Positions 1 to 10,696 are shown, counted from the first letter of the stretch. The stretch: DNA of 64,000 nt from Hormoscilla sp. (GCA_051439505.1 JBFRWI010000228.1:1-64000); one strand, 5' to 3'. Notes: generated from the letters alone by a model not told the origin. Translations and numbers: made by a program.

Positions 1-82
1 AGTTTTTACAAATCATTTCGTTGACATCTACTATCATGACAGATTAATCTCAAATAGTCAAGGATATTTTAAAAAATTCCCG

Positions 83-1684
83 ATGATGAACAGTATACCT
101 TCCACCGGCAGCATCGCGGACCAAATCCTCGAACAAGATAGAAAGGAACGAGAGGCCCTGGCCCTTCTCCTCGATCGCCATCTGGCCCGCAACGACAAGA
201 TCCTGGTTCAGAACACCGAGATGGGCGGGACTGAAGCCTATGTCGGTGCCGTTACCCTGGAGTGGTTTGCCAGTCGCGTTCGCTTTGCCTCTCGCTTGCC
301 CCTGTTCCGTCAACATCTCAACCAGCAGACGGACAACGTGGACATCGACGCCGGCAGCATTGAGATAATTCAGCAGCGACCCCTGGACTGGTCCCGCCAA
401 GCACCCCTCGCACAGTATTTGGCCGCTCGCAAAACTCACAAGTTTCCGCCGGTGCTAGTGGTGATTAACCGACCTTGGGTAGACGAACCCACTGCCCCGG
501 AATGGGACCCTTACGGACTGGCCACTAAATCTGCTGCTGATTTTACGCCCCTGGATGCCGGCGGTAAGGTCGGTCTATTGGACGTTTCCGAAGACGCGAC
601 CATTTTTGCCCTCGACGGTCAACACCGACTCATGGGGGTTCAGGGTCTGATGGAGTTGATTAAAACTGGTAAACTCCAACGCTACAAAAAGGATAAAAAA
701 CCTCTAGGCGCTTTCATTACCGTTGATGACCTCCGACAAGAGTATCATATCGAACCTGCTTATTTGCAAAACTTGGCTAAGGAAAAGATTGGCATTGAGT
801 TCATTTCCGCTGTGGTGACTGGTGAGTCCCGCGAAGAGGCCCGACGACGTGTTAGATCTATCTTCGTTCACGTTAACCTGATGGCGACTCCTTTAACTAA
901 AGGTCAGTTGGCACAATTGAATGAGGATAATGGTTTTGCTATTGTTGCTAGAAAAATTGCTGTCTCCCATCCTTTATTAAAAGATGTTGAAGACCGCAAT
1001 CCTCGTGTAAACTGGGATAGCGCTACTGTTGCTGCTAAGTCTACGGTTTTGACTACCCTTCAGGCCCTTCAGGAAATGTCCGATCGCTACTTGGGCCATA
1101 GATTTCCTAACTGGAAACCTTCCCAAAAGAAGGGTTTAATTCCCATGCGCCCCGAGGATGAGGAACTGGAAAAAGCAATTTCCGAGTTTAAGCAGTTGTT
1201 CGACCATTTGGCAACTCTCCCCAGCTATCGCAGACTGGCAGAGGGGACGGAAACCCCGGAAATGCGGCGCTTCAGCTTTGAGAAGGATGGGGGCGAAGGG
1301 AATTTATTATTCCGTCCCGTGGGACAAATTGCCTTGACTCAGGCAATAGGTATCTTAGTATTTAAGAAGGATTTCTCCTTGACAGCCATTTTCCAGAAAC
1401 TGGGGCAATACGACGCTAAGGGTGGATTCAGTGGTATGGATAAACCTGAATCTTTATGGTATGGTATTTTGTACGATCCTAATAAAAAGCGTGTCCTCGT
1501 GGCGGGGCGGGATCTGGCAGCGAAGTTAATTGTTTATATTGTAGCTGGTACTGACGACGATCTGGAACGGGCGGAACTCCGACGTTTACTTGCAGAAGCG
1601 AGAACGATCGAAGATCGTGCTATGGGTTTTGATGGTAAATTGGTAGAACCCAGAGATGTAGGATTGCCACCTGTTATTATTTAA
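83..1684 (+). CDS. DGQHR-domain protein (DndB-like, DNA phosphorothioation-associated)
   Basis: 533 aa; QRPLD, FPP and ALDGQHR motifs of the DGQHR/DndB family; adjacent to a Dnd-associated gene. Confidence 0.85.
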   Translation: MMNSIPSTGSIADQILEQDRKEREALALLLDRHLARNDKILVQNTEMGGTEAYVGAVTLEWFASRVRFASRLPLFRQHLNQQTDNVDIDAGSIEIIQQRPLDWSRQAPLAQYLAARKTHKFPPVLVVINRPWVDEPTAPEWDPYGLATKSAADFTPLDAGGKVGLLDVSEDATIFALDGQHRLMGVQGLMELIKTGKLQRYKKDKKPLGAFITVDDLRQEYHIEPAYLQNLAKEKIGIEFISAVVTGESREEARRRVRSIFVHVNLMATPLTKGQLAQLNEDNGFAIVARKIAVSHPLLKDVEDRNPRVNWDSATVAAKSTVLTTLQALQEMSDRYLGHRFPNWKPSQKKGLIPMRPEDEELEKAISEFKQLFDHLATLPSYRRLAEGTETPEMRRFSFEKDGGEGNLLFRPVGQIALTQAIGILVFKKDFSLTAIFQKLGQYDAKGGFSGMDKPESLWYGILYDPNKKRVLVAGRDLAAKLIVYIVAGTDDDLERAELRRLLAEARTIEDRAMGFDGKLVEPRDVGLPPVII

Positions 1685-1874
1685 GATTAGCCTCCTGGTC
1701 CGCCGGGGTCGGGACAGGGGGCGATCGCGCGCAAATGTAGGGGCACGGCATCAATAAATTATCAGCTTCATTGGGTTAATGTAGCTGCCCGCCGTGCCCC
1801 GGCGCGACGCAGAGACAAAATGTGCGATCGGGGCAAAATGCGATGTCCAAACCGGCAGGCGATCGCCCTCCATC

Positions 1875-2342
1875 CTAAAGAAATCTGGTTAAATCAAATT
1901 CCTGTTCTGACTGCTGTGGCTTATGCCGTTCTGCTTGCATAATCAAGAGCAGTTGATCTGTATAGTCTACCACCCCCCGAAACTGTTCTCGCAATATTTC
2001 TAGTCCCCCATTGGCATATTCTTCAAATATCTGGATGCGTTCTGACTCGTATTTGGGATCGCCAGAGGAGAGGATTTTTGGATCTTTGCTTTCCACTATC
2101 GCTAGTAATTTGATCATCACATCATATCCTCTGGAGTTGAATATTTCCAGCCCGATCGGACCCGGTTCTTTTTTGGCTACTGCTCCCAGAGACGATCGCT
2201 TTTTTCGCTTTGCCCCCAATGCCGCTGCAAAGGCGATCGCATCAGCATAGGTCTGGAATGGTCCGGTTGTCTCGCTCGCGTCTACTAAAGCTTTCACTAG
2301 ATCTGCCTTGTCTTTAGCAATCTTAATTTTGTTAGTAGTCAT
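1875..2342 (-). CDS. DNA phosphorothioation (dnd) system-associated protein 4
   Basis: IKIAKDKADLVKAL..TGPFQTYAD..FAAALG and RIQIFEEYANGGLEIL are typical of this family. Confidence 0.8.
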   Translation of the reverse strand: MTTNKIKIAKDKADLVKALVDASETTGPFQTYADAIAFAAALGAKRKKRSSLGAVAKKEPGPIGLEIFNSRGYDVMIKLLAIVESKDPKILSSGDPKYESERIQIFEEYANGGLEILREQFRGVVDYTDQLLLIMQAERHKPQQSEQEFDLTRFL

Positions 2343-2908
2343 TCTCCTAGGTTGTGGTTTCTGCTAATATTAACATAAAGCGAAAGCAAGTCGGCGATCG
2401 CTGCAATAATTTTGCCTGTAGTCCGGGTGTGGTCAAAACCTGTCGATCGTTCCATGGGCCCGGACAGTCGTTGGATCCCCCCGGTCCTGAGAAATTAAAA
2501 TTAAAATCACTTTACAAATAATCAGCTAAAAATGTTAAGTTTTTTTAAAAAAATGAAAAAAGTTTAAACCATCCCCTACCCCCCACCCATCCACCCTTAT
2601 CCTACCGCTTTACTGACTACTTTGTCAACTGTATTTATACTCATTTTTTTTACGATATTCAGCATGCAAGGTAATGTAGCGCGGGGTGTGGTTGGTGAAG
2701 TAGTTGTATTAGGTAGGGCGATGCCCGAAGGGCGGGCTATATTATAAAAGTGAGAATGGGAAACAAGGCGTGTTGGGTAAGAGACCTCAACAAAACCTAC
2801 GAATTTTGAGTTTTTTTAACTATGTTGACAGAAATGTGACAATATGTTAAGTTTATTGAATGGCAGGGGATTTGGGATCGATCGGGGATATGATTGTTTC
2901 TATTGACC

Positions 2909-3029
2909 GGGTGCATCTCACTTGGGCACGGGCGAAGCATTCGGGGCGGTAATTTGTCTTCTTATGTCATCATTTTTTAGCCCGAATGCTTCGCCCCTAC
3001 AGATGGATCGGCAAAACTAAGATGCACCC
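2909..3029. mobile_element. MITE family A (TIR GGGTGCATCT(CA)) with internal REP-like hairpin and 8-bp TSD
   Basis: Ends GGGTGCATCTCA / AAGATGCACCC; TATTGACC at both 2901-2908 and 3030-3037; near-identical copy at 43452-43573. Confidence 0.85.
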
Positions 3030-3086
3030 TATTGACCTGTGCGGGTTATATGAGGTTCGTGGCAAACACTACGGCAAACACGCTTC

Positions 3087-5060
3087 GTGTTTACTACGAA
3101 CGGTTTGCTCCGAACGGAATTGATTATGGAGTTGATTATGGATAATAATGACTTGGATGTTTTTGGTTTCGGGACCGATCGCTCGACTATCTTTGCGGAA
3201 AGTACCGGTGCTGAACTGCTGCCGGGTACTGCTATTAGACCGGGTGGGGAGGGCGGACAAGGCCCGATCGCTCTTGAAATGCAGGGCTCGAATTTGCTTG
3301 AGGGAAATTTTGAGCAGGTTCTCTTGGGCGATATCGCACCTTTGGATGTAACGGTTGCTAATAATGAAGAAGCGCCTCTGGTTCTGGATATCGATCGCAA
3401 TGGCAGACTGGAAGCGCTGACGGATGGGATAATGATTATTCGCCATCTGTTCGGATTTGCTGGTGATGTTGTGGTTAGAGATGCTGTTGCACCAGATGGG
3501 ACGAGGACTGATGCTGCGGAAATTACATCGCACATTGAGGAACTGGGTCTGAACCTGGATGTCGATGGCGACGGTCAATTAACAGCCCTGACAGATGGGC
3601 TAATGATTATTCGCGATCTGTTCGGATTTGCTGGGGAGATTGTGATTCGAGATGCCGTTGCGCCCGGTGCGAGTCGGGATACGGCGGAGGCGGTGACAGC
3701 ATATCTGGAGTTTTTGAAGAACTTAACCGATGGACCGACTATTAATGAGCCTCCAGTTGCTGTAGATGACTCTTTCTCTATTATTCAAGGAACTCCTGCT
3801 GCTGAATTGGCAGTTCTCAACAATGACTCGGATCCAGATGGCGACATACTGTCCATCACTGATGTAGCTGACCCATCTAATGGAACTGTCAGGATCGACG
3901 GAGATCGGGTGGTGTACAATCCAGAGGCTGGCTTCTTTGGTATAGATACCTTCACCTATAATATTTCTGACGGTAATGGGGGTACGGACAGGGCTACGGT
4001 TGAGGTGACGGTAACAGAAACGTCAACTCCCACTCCAAGTAATCCAGGTAACACTCTTGGCACTGCTTTGAACATTACTACCCTGGATGGTACGAGTATT
4101 TTTAGCGATTCTGTAGGGTCCGATGATTTCTATCGTCTGGAACTGACCGATCGTAGCTTTACTTCATTTCGGATCGCAGACTTGACTGACAATGCCAATT
4201 TGCAGGTGATTCAAGACCGCAATAACAACGGCGAGGTCGATTTTGGCGAAACCCTGGATATCGTCGATCGACCGGGAACGACCTCGGAATTAATTACCAC
4301 CATTCTAGACCCAGACGTTTACTACATTGGAGTTGGTCGAGCCGAAGGTGATGACAGTAACTATAACCTGCGAGTGGATGTTATTCCCCTCGTGGATGCT
4401 TTTGCAGAGAATTTTCAAGGAGATGGTCTGGAAGCTGGAGCAGGTGTCATTAACCCCAGCGGCGATAATGACTTATTCACATTCAACGGCACAGCAGGAG
4501 ACACAGTGACTGCTTTTGCAAACAACCTCACGGATGGAGGCAATTTACGTATACGGATAAGACTGCTAAGTCCGGATGGTTCTCAGTTAGCAACTACAAT
4601 CTCGGGTCAGGAGGGATCGGACGCTGGGATTCGCGACTTTGTGCTACCAGTTAGTGGTACTTACAGTATAATAATTGTGGCAGCCAATGGGGATGCCACG
4701 GGCTCTTACACTTTGGGGTTATCAAACTTGAGCGAAGATACCACAGCTATTACAGCGAACCAAAGTTTGGAAGAGAGCATAGACTTTGTCGGAGATGGGG
4801 ATTTCTTCACATTCAACGGCACGGCAGGAGACACAGTGACAGCTTTTGTAGACAACCTCACGGATGCAGGCGATCAACGTATGCGGGTAAGACTGCTAAA
4901 TCCGGATGGTTCTGATTTAGCAATAGGAAGCTCGGTTACTGGGGGATCGGACCCTGAGATCCGCGACCAAGTGCTACCTGTTAGTGGTACTTACGGCATA
5001 ATTGTGGCAGGGGATGGGGATGCCACTGGCGACTATAGCCTCAGTTTGAATCTCGTATAG
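3087..5060 (+). CDS. Acidic extracellular-type protein: paired dockerin-like repeats, cadherin/Ig-like (Big_9) domain, PPC-like domains
   Basis: LDIDRNG..ALTDG...RHLFGF twice; NEPPVAVDD..VLNNDSDPDGD..FTYNISDG; two DxFTFNGTAGDTVT repeats; true start may be a downstream ATG. Confidence 0.7.
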   Translation: MFTTNGLLRTELIMELIMDNNDLDVFGFGTDRSTIFAESTGAELLPGTAIRPGGEGGQGPIALEMQGSNLLEGNFEQVLLGDIAPLDVTVANNEEAPLVLDIDRNGRLEALTDGIMIIRHLFGFAGDVVVRDAVAPDGTRTDAAEITSHIEELGLNLDVDGDGQLTALTDGLMIIRDLFGFAGEIVIRDAVAPGASRDTAEAVTAYLEFLKNLTDGPTINEPPVAVDDSFSIIQGTPAAELAVLNNDSDPDGDILSITDVADPSNGTVRIDGDRVVYNPEAGFFGIDTFTYNISDGNGGTDRATVEVTVTETSTPTPSNPGNTLGTALNITTLDGTSIFSDSVGSDDFYRLELTDRSFTSFRIADLTDNANLQVIQDRNNNGEVDFGETLDIVDRPGTTSELITTILDPDVYYIGVGRAEGDDSNYNLRVDVIPLVDAFAENFQGDGLEAGAGVINPSGDNDLFTFNGTAGDTVTAFANNLTDGGNLRIRIRLLSPDGSQLATTISGQEGSDAGIRDFVLPVSGTYSIIIVAANGDATGSYTLGLSNLSEDTTAITANQSLEESIDFVGDGDFFTFNGTAGDTVTAFVDNLTDAGDQRMRVRLLNPDGSDLAIGSSVTGGSDPEIRDQVLPVSGTYGIIVAGDGDATGDYSLSLNLV

Positions 5061-5761
5061 AGTAATGACGATCGAGAAACGGCGATCGCCCCAAAACCCC
5101 AGGAGATGATGTTACAGAGTAGCTTCTGTCTGGCGTGACGGCGGCAAAAAATAAGGTAGAAAAAAATACTGGTGGTAGGGGCACGGCATCGCTCGAAGTT
5201 TCGGCGACGATGAAAATGTCAAATATACCGTACACCGGGAAAATGCGATCGGGCTTTCATAGGGATGCGATGCTGCTGCGCAGCCGCTACGCGAACGGGT
5301 CTGGTCACAAGTGGTTGATAGCCAACTTCGGTAGAAACCGGGTTTCTTTGATCAATACAGAGGCAATAACCAGCTATTGAGGGAGAAACCCGGTTTCTGG
5401 CCCCCACGCGAGGTCTCACGTACCAACTGATGCACGACCACACCCCATGCGATCGGCAATAAACAGCCGGGGCACGGCGACAGTAACATTTGCAATAAAC
5501 CGACAATTTGTGCCCCTACTGGTGTCCCACAGGGTGTAAGGGCCCAAAAGGGGCGATCGGGGGGCGGGCGATCGGGCGGGCAACAATTAAGGTTGAAGAG
5601 AATACCGGAGTAGATGTGGGCGCGAAAGTAACCTTTGAAAATTTAGCCACAGAATTTTTGATACCGTACAGGACCCTCAAAAATGTGGTACAGTAGAAAT
5701 ATGGGGCAATAAAATGTTTGGTTAAGTCCCAGTAGTCAAGGGAGCAGTAAGGAAGTAACTA

Positions 5762-5986
5762 ATGATGTCAAGCACCTATCGTCTGAAAGCTAGCGAACTA
5801 GACGAGCGCTTTTTAGCAGGATTGAAATCGATCTTTGGGGATAAAGAAATAGAGATTATTGTCTCTGAAGTCAGCGAAACAGATTACTTGCTAAAATCAG
5901 AGGCTAACAAGAATAGACTCTTGCAGGCTGTCGAAAACGTTAAAAATAGAACCAATTTGGTTGAAGTTAATTTAGAGGAACTGTAG
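5762..5986 (+). CDS. Small antitoxin-like protein
   Basis: 74 aa; ETDYLLKSEANKNRLLQAVENV resembles the C-terminus of YefM-type antitoxins. Confidence 0.55.
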   Translation: MMSSTYRLKASELDERFLAGLKSIFGDKEIEIIVSEVSETDYLLKSEANKNRLLQAVENVKNRTNLVEVNLEEL

Positions 5987-5987
5987 A

Positions 5988-6085
5988 ATTGGACTTGATA
6001 CCAACATTCTCATTCGCTATTTCACCCGCTAGACGTGCGCACAGTGGAAACAAACTACTGAATTAATTCAAGCAGGCGAAAAGAC
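5988..6085 (+). pseudogene. Remnant of a VapC/PIN toxin N-terminus
   Basis: Translates IGLDTNILIRYFTR* then, in another frame, QWKQTTELIQAGEK; no start codon and truncated. Confidence 0.55.
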
Positions 6086-6189
6086 GATGTGGGAGGCGAT
6101 TGAAATTCGAGGCCACCGATCGGGAAAAGAAATCCGGTTTGACACCGCTACAAACCCGCAAACCGGCCTGTTGACTACGAACGAATATG

Positions 6190-6792
6190 TTATGGCACGG
6201 CCATCCCTCGCTGCACCGCCGGACGCTGCTGTACTGTTTCTGCCCAACGTTTTAAGTTCGGATGATTATCCAGAGTTAAATTCAGAAACTCATAGAGCGC
6301 AACCCAAGGATAGATCGCAATATCCGCGATCGAATAATCCCCGCAGACAAACTCCTGTTCAGATAACTGCCTATCCAAGACAGAATAGAGTCGCAGAGTC
6401 TCCTTTTCATAGCGCGCGATCGCATAAGGTATCTGTTCAGTCGCAAAGCGCCTAAAATGACTCAGTTGACCGAACATCGGCCCGACACTTCCCATCTGCA
6501 ACATCAACCATTCAATTACCTGAAAGCGACCTTTTTGGTCATGAGGGAGTAATTTACCAGTTTTTTCCGCCAGATAGATCAGGATCGCACCCGACTCAAA
6601 CACAGTTATCCCCGTATCCCGATCGATTATAGCCGGAATCTTGCTATTAGGATTAATCGCCACGAACTCCTCTGAAAACTGTTCGCCTTTGGTGATGTCA
6701 ATCTTATGGACATTATAAGGAAGTTCCACTTCCTCCAGCATAATCGAAACTTTGCGTCCGTTCGGGACGCTGAACGTATACAGGTCAATCAT
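6190..6792 (-). CDS. Glutathione S-transferase (YfcG/YghU-like)
   Basis: MIDLYT..PNGRKVSIMLEE, INPNSKIPAI, FESGAIL, YSIADIA; likely start ATG at 6792. Confidence 0.9.
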   Translation of the reverse strand: MIDLYTFSVPNGRKVSIMLEEVELPYNVHKIDITKGEQFSEEFVAINPNSKIPAIIDRDTGITVFESGAILIYLAEKTGKLLPHDQKGRFQVIEWLMLQMGSVGPMFGQLSHFRRFATEQIPYAIARYEKETLRLYSVLDRQLSEQEFVCGDYSIADIAIYPWVALYEFLNLTLDNHPNLKRWAETVQQRPAVQRGMAVP

Positions 6793-6937
6793 CTTCCGAG
6801 ACAACTCCATGTGCATATACTAACTGCCTACTGTGGGGCCATCGGGGGGCGATCGCCATCAGCAAGTCTAGAGCAATTCTAAAGCAATTCTGGCATCCGA
6901 GCCCACCCCTATCGTTTCTGGGCAACTGGTGGACGGT

Positions 6938-7022
6938 GCTGGTGGCGGCACTGGTGGGCGGTGCCGGCGGTGCCCACCCTACCTCTGCTGGTGGCGGCAC
7001 TGGTGGGCGGTGCCCACCCTAC
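6938..7022. repeat. REP-like GGTGGGCGGTGCCCACCCTAC palindromes with a short tandem duplication
   Basis: Same motif at ~11102-11134, 15820-15961 and ~57073-57095. Confidence 0.7.
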
Positions 7023-7031
7023 CTCTGTTTT

Positions 7032-7909
7032 TCCGGATCCCGAGATACCTCATTTGAAAAAGCTTACCAGTAGATGCACCCTGATGATCTTCCTCCAGTC
7101 CCTTGGGGCTGGGGGATTTTTTTTGCTCCAGTCCCACGATCGTCATCCCGCAACAATAAAATATCAGCTATCTTTCCGGATCCCGAGATCCCCCCTCGGA
7201 AAAAGCTTACCAGTAGATGCACCCTGATACTCCTCCCGCCTTTTAGCTGGGGGGAGTTTTTTTGTACTGGTTTCGCCTTTCTATATACTCCCAAATCAAA
7301 TATCTTGTCTTTTTCCGGATCCTCATTATCCCCTCTTGAAAACTTTTACACGTAGATGCACCCTGATGATGGTCCTCCAGCCAAAATGCTGGAGGATTTT
7401 TTTCTATCCCAGTCACCATCATCCGGACCGCTAGATAAAATCATCAGCTCTTTTTCCGGATCTTCATCATCCCTCTCTGAAAATGATTGCCAGATGCACC
7501 TGATACTCCTCCAGCCCCACGGGTTGGGGGAGTTTTTTTGGCCACAGTCGCCCTTTTATCCCCCCATCCCACCATCCGATCGCCAAAAACGTTGCTTTTT
7601 CCGGATCTCTATATTACCCCCTGAAAATAATTGCTATATGCACCCTGATTACTCCTCCAGCCCCACGGGTTGGAGGAGTTTTTTTCCCGCGATATATATC
7701 CTGTTTCTCCCTAATATTTTTACCTTCGTCAACTTCCCGGAGAGCGACATTGGTGCTGTTCTCTAAACATTTATATAACCTCTTTGCTTGGGGTTATGGC
7801 CTCAAGAAGCAGAATTGGCGGTGAATGTGACATTTGTTCTCTCCTAATGCAAACATCAGGTTTCTACCTGGGGTAATTTTTCCGGATCGCAAAAATTACC
7901 GCGAGAAAA
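7032..7909 (+). promoter_or_regulatory. Six DIF1-like promoters TCCGGA-N17/18-GAAAA
   Basis: TCCGGA at 7032, 7175, 7314, 7455, 7600, 7881; GAAAA at 7056, 7199, 7338, 7479, 7623, 7905 (gaps 18, 18, 18, 18, 17, 18). Confidence 0.7.
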
Positions 7910-7968
7910 GGATTAGCAGATGCACCCTGCTGATGCTCCCCCCTAGCCCCGTGCTAGGGGATTTTTTT
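7032..7968 (+). ncRNA. Tandem array of six NsiR1-like small RNA genes (~50-55 nt each), each with its own promoter and terminator
   Basis: A(G/T)ATGCACC starts at 7072, 7215, 7354, 7492, 7636, 7918, each followed by a GC-rich hairpin and a T-run; period ~140 bp; one degenerate slot near 7736. Confidence 0.75.
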
Positions 7969-8028
7969 GCTTGATTTATACCGGAAATATATTAAACTGC
8001 AAGCAGGTTTGAGAACTCTGAGGAAGCT

Positions 8029-9120
8029 ATGACCTTTGACCGCTTAATGATGCACCGGTGTATCGAACTGGCTCGTCGGGCTTGGGGACGAACTGCTCCC
8101 AATCCCTTGGTAGGTTGCGTAATAGTGAAAGACGGTCGGATAATAGGAGAAGGCTTTCATCCCCAGGCAGGTGAACCCCATGCCGAAGTATTTGCCTTGC
8201 GGGATGCTGGGGAAAATGCCCGGGAGGCAACAGTTTACGTGAACCTGGAACCTTGCAATCACTACGGACGCACCCCTCCCTGTACGGAAGCTTTGATTGC
8301 TGCTGGTGTTAAAAAAGTGGTGGTGGGCATGATTGACCCCGATCGCCGGGTATCGGGCAGGGGCATCGAAAGGTTGCGTGCTGCTGGCATTGAAGTCTTA
8401 GTGGGAGTAGAAGAGGATGCTTGCCAGCAGCTGAATGAGGCATTTATCCATCGGATTCTTTACCAGCGTCCCTTCGGGATCTTAAAATATGCCATGACTC
8501 TCGACGGCAAGATGGCCACAACTACGGGTCACAGTACCTGGGTCACGGGAGTGGAAGCGAGAAAATGGGTGCATCAGTTGCGATCGACCTGCGATGCGGT
8601 GATAGTTGGTGGCAATACCCTGCGTCAGGATAACCCCCAACTGACCAGTCATGGCGTCAGCGATCGCAACCCTTTGCGAGTAGTAATGTCTCGGCAACTG
8701 GACCTGCCCGCAGCAGCGCAGCTGTGGGATACGGCAGTAGCTGCGACTGTTGTCGTCACTACATCAGGGGCCGATCGGGATATGCAAAATCTGCTACAAA
8801 AACAGGGAGTCGAAGTGGTAGAATTTGACGAACTCAGTTCCGATCGGGTAATGGCCCATCTCTACGAACGCAATTTCCTCTCTGTTTTGTGGGAATGTGG
8901 GGGTACCCTGGCCGCCCGGGCGATCGCAGAGGGTGCAGTGCAAAAGATTGCCGCCTTCATCGCCCCGAAAATTATTGGCGGCACCGGGGCCCCCTCCCCA
9001 GTAGGAGATTTAGGGTTGACTGCCATGACTCAAGCTTTACCCTTAACGAAACTGCAACTCACCCAGATGGGGAACGATTTTTTGCTCTGTGGCTACTTAC
9101 CATATAAAAAGAAAGACTAA
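8029..9120 (+). CDS. ribD: Bifunctional riboflavin biosynthesis deaminase/reductase
   Basis: PNPLVG, HAE, LEPCNHYGRTPPC, AMTLDGK, ECGGTL motifs. Confidence 0.97.
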   Translation: MTFDRLMMHRCIELARRAWGRTAPNPLVGCVIVKDGRIIGEGFHPQAGEPHAEVFALRDAGENAREATVYVNLEPCNHYGRTPPCTEALIAAGVKKVVVGMIDPDRRVSGRGIERLRAAGIEVLVGVEEDACQQLNEAFIHRILYQRPFGILKYAMTLDGKMATTTGHSTWVTGVEARKWVHQLRSTCDAVIVGGNTLRQDNPQLTSHGVSDRNPLRVVMSRQLDLPAAAQLWDTAVAATVVVTTSGADRDMQNLLQKQGVEVVEFDELSSDRVMAHLYERNFLSVLWECGGTLAARAIAEGAVQKIAAFIAPKIIGGTGAPSPVGDLGLTAMTQALPLTKLQLTQMGNDFLLCGYLPYKKKD

Positions 9121-9130
9121 CAACAGTTTT

Positions 9131-9787
9131 ATGCTTGAATTCGTGGTATACAGCTTGTTTATCGGTAGCCTGGGTCTAGAAGCTCTGTTAACTAGCAACT
9201 GGTTGTACAGGCGGCAACTATCAGTTACCAAGCAAAATCAGGTGGAGGAGGAAGAGATTTTGAACCAATATGAATCTAATATGGCCCAACAACCGCAGCT
9301 GCAAGTCAATGGCTCCGTTCCCCAAACCGGAGACTGGGAATATAAAATTGTCCGCGCTAGCAGCGACCTCTTTAGAGACCCCAAGGTGTTTCGCAAGCTA
9401 TGTCTAGAAGAAAAGCAGGCCGGGTGGATATTGCTGGAAAAACTCGACAATCAGCGGGTACGCTTTAAACGGCATCTGATGGGACGTCAGGCGACCGAAC
9501 CCGGACCCATCGATCCCTATCGCTGCCACTACGGCCCGACTATGAAACTGCCTTCCTGGGTAGGCCCGATCGCCATAGCAGCCTGTATCATTATTCCCGC
9601 CTATGTGGGTTACAGTATCATGTTAGGGATCATAGAATCGCGCCGGCAGCCCAGCATGGCGTCCCCCGAGACTCCCCAGTCCCTTCCCGAGTCACCACGG
9701 GCAACCGAAGACAGTCCCCAGTCCGACAGCAGCTTAGTGACTGGTGCCGATGGCATACCTGGCAGCGTTTCTCCCAGTCTTTATTGA
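9131..9787 (+). CDS. Conserved cyanobacterial membrane protein, hypothetical
   Basis: WEYKIVRA..DLFRDP..EEKQAGW.LLEKLD..RVRFKR block plus TM segments; likely ATG at 9131. Confidence 0.65.
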   Translation: MLEFVVYSLFIGSLGLEALLTSNWLYRRQLSVTKQNQVEEEEILNQYESNMAQQPQLQVNGSVPQTGDWEYKIVRASSDLFRDPKVFRKLCLEEKQAGWILLEKLDNQRVRFKRHLMGRQATEPGPIDPYRCHYGPTMKLPSWVGPIAIAACIIIPAYVGYSIMLGIIESRRQPSMASPETPQSLPESPRATEDSPQSDSSLVTGADGIPGSVSPSLY

Positions 9788-9789
9788 TA

Positions 9790-10581
9790 CTAAAGAATTT
9801 GCGACAGGAACTTCTGGGTGCGTTCCTCTTTGGGGTTGTTGAAGAATTCTGCTGGTGTCCCTTCTTCAACTAACATGCCATCTGCCATTAACACAATGCG
9901 ATCGGCCACTTCCCGAGCAAACCCCACTTCATGGGTGACGACTACCATTGTCATTCCCGAAGTGGCCAGAGTCCGCATTACGTCCAAAACTTCCCGCACC
10001 ATCTCTGGGTCCAGTGCTGATGTGGGTTCGTCAAATAGCATGATCTTCGGTTCCATTGCTAAGGCCCGCGCGATCGCCACTCGTTGCTGCTGACCTCCCG
10101 ACAGTTGACCGGGATACTTCTGCGCCTGCGACTCGATCCCGACTCTTTCTAATAGTTGCATGGCCTTCTCTTCGGCCTTCGCTTTCGGCCAGCGACGCAC
10201 CCAAATGGGAGCCAAGGTGACATTTTGCAGGACAGTCCGGTGGGGAAACAGGTTAAACTGCTGAAACACCATCCCTACTTCCCGCCTAATCTCTTCAATA
10301 TTCTTCAGGTCGTGGGAGAGGTTAATCCCATCTATAACTATAGAACCCTTCTGGAATTCTTCCAAGGCGTTAAAGGTGCGGATAAAGGTGGACTTTCCAG
10401 AACCACTCGGTCCCATGATCACTACCACTTCCCCCCGCTGCACCGTCAGACTAACCCCTCTCAGGGCATGAAATTTATTACTGTACCATTTATGTACCTC
10501 CGTGGCGACGATCGCCCGGTAAGATAAGTCTACTGATTTTTGCTGCACTTGGTTCGTTGTTCGTGTCATACTCATAAGCAA
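9790..10581 (-). CDS. Polar amino-acid ABC transporter ATP-binding protein (GlnQ family)
   Basis: [35 protein letters not shown]. Confidence 0.95.
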   Translation of the reverse strand: MLMSMTRTTNQVQQKSVDLSYRAIVATEVHKWYSNKFHALRGVSLTVQRGEVVVIMGPSGSGKSTFIRTFNALEEFQKGSIVIDGINLSHDLKNIEEIRREVGMVFQQFNLFPHRTVLQNVTLAPIWVRRWPKAKAEEKAMQLLERVGIESQAQKYPGQLSGGQQQRVAIARALAMEPKIMLFDEPTSALDPEMVREVLDVMRTLATSGMTMVVVTHEVGFAREVADRIVLMADGMLVEEGTPAEFFNNPKEERTQKFLSQIL

Positions 10582-10696
10582 TTGGTAAATTCTCTCATTG
10601 CTAAATTATTGCATATGGCTGCACGGGTTCTTGATTGTCGCGATCGCAATGTACTGCACTGGTCATGTCTATAGCAGTTTTGTTCATAAGCAGCTA

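Noticed and set aside
7064..7766. ORFs 7064..7294, 7074..7355 and 7356..7766 (MHPDD repeats)
   Set aside because: They run through successive terminator hairpins and T-runs; conservation fits RNA and promoter motifs, not codons
7032..7968. Possible CRISPR array
   Set aside because: Units are ~140 bp with split, degenerate conserved blocks and terminators; no identical repeats and no cas genes in the window
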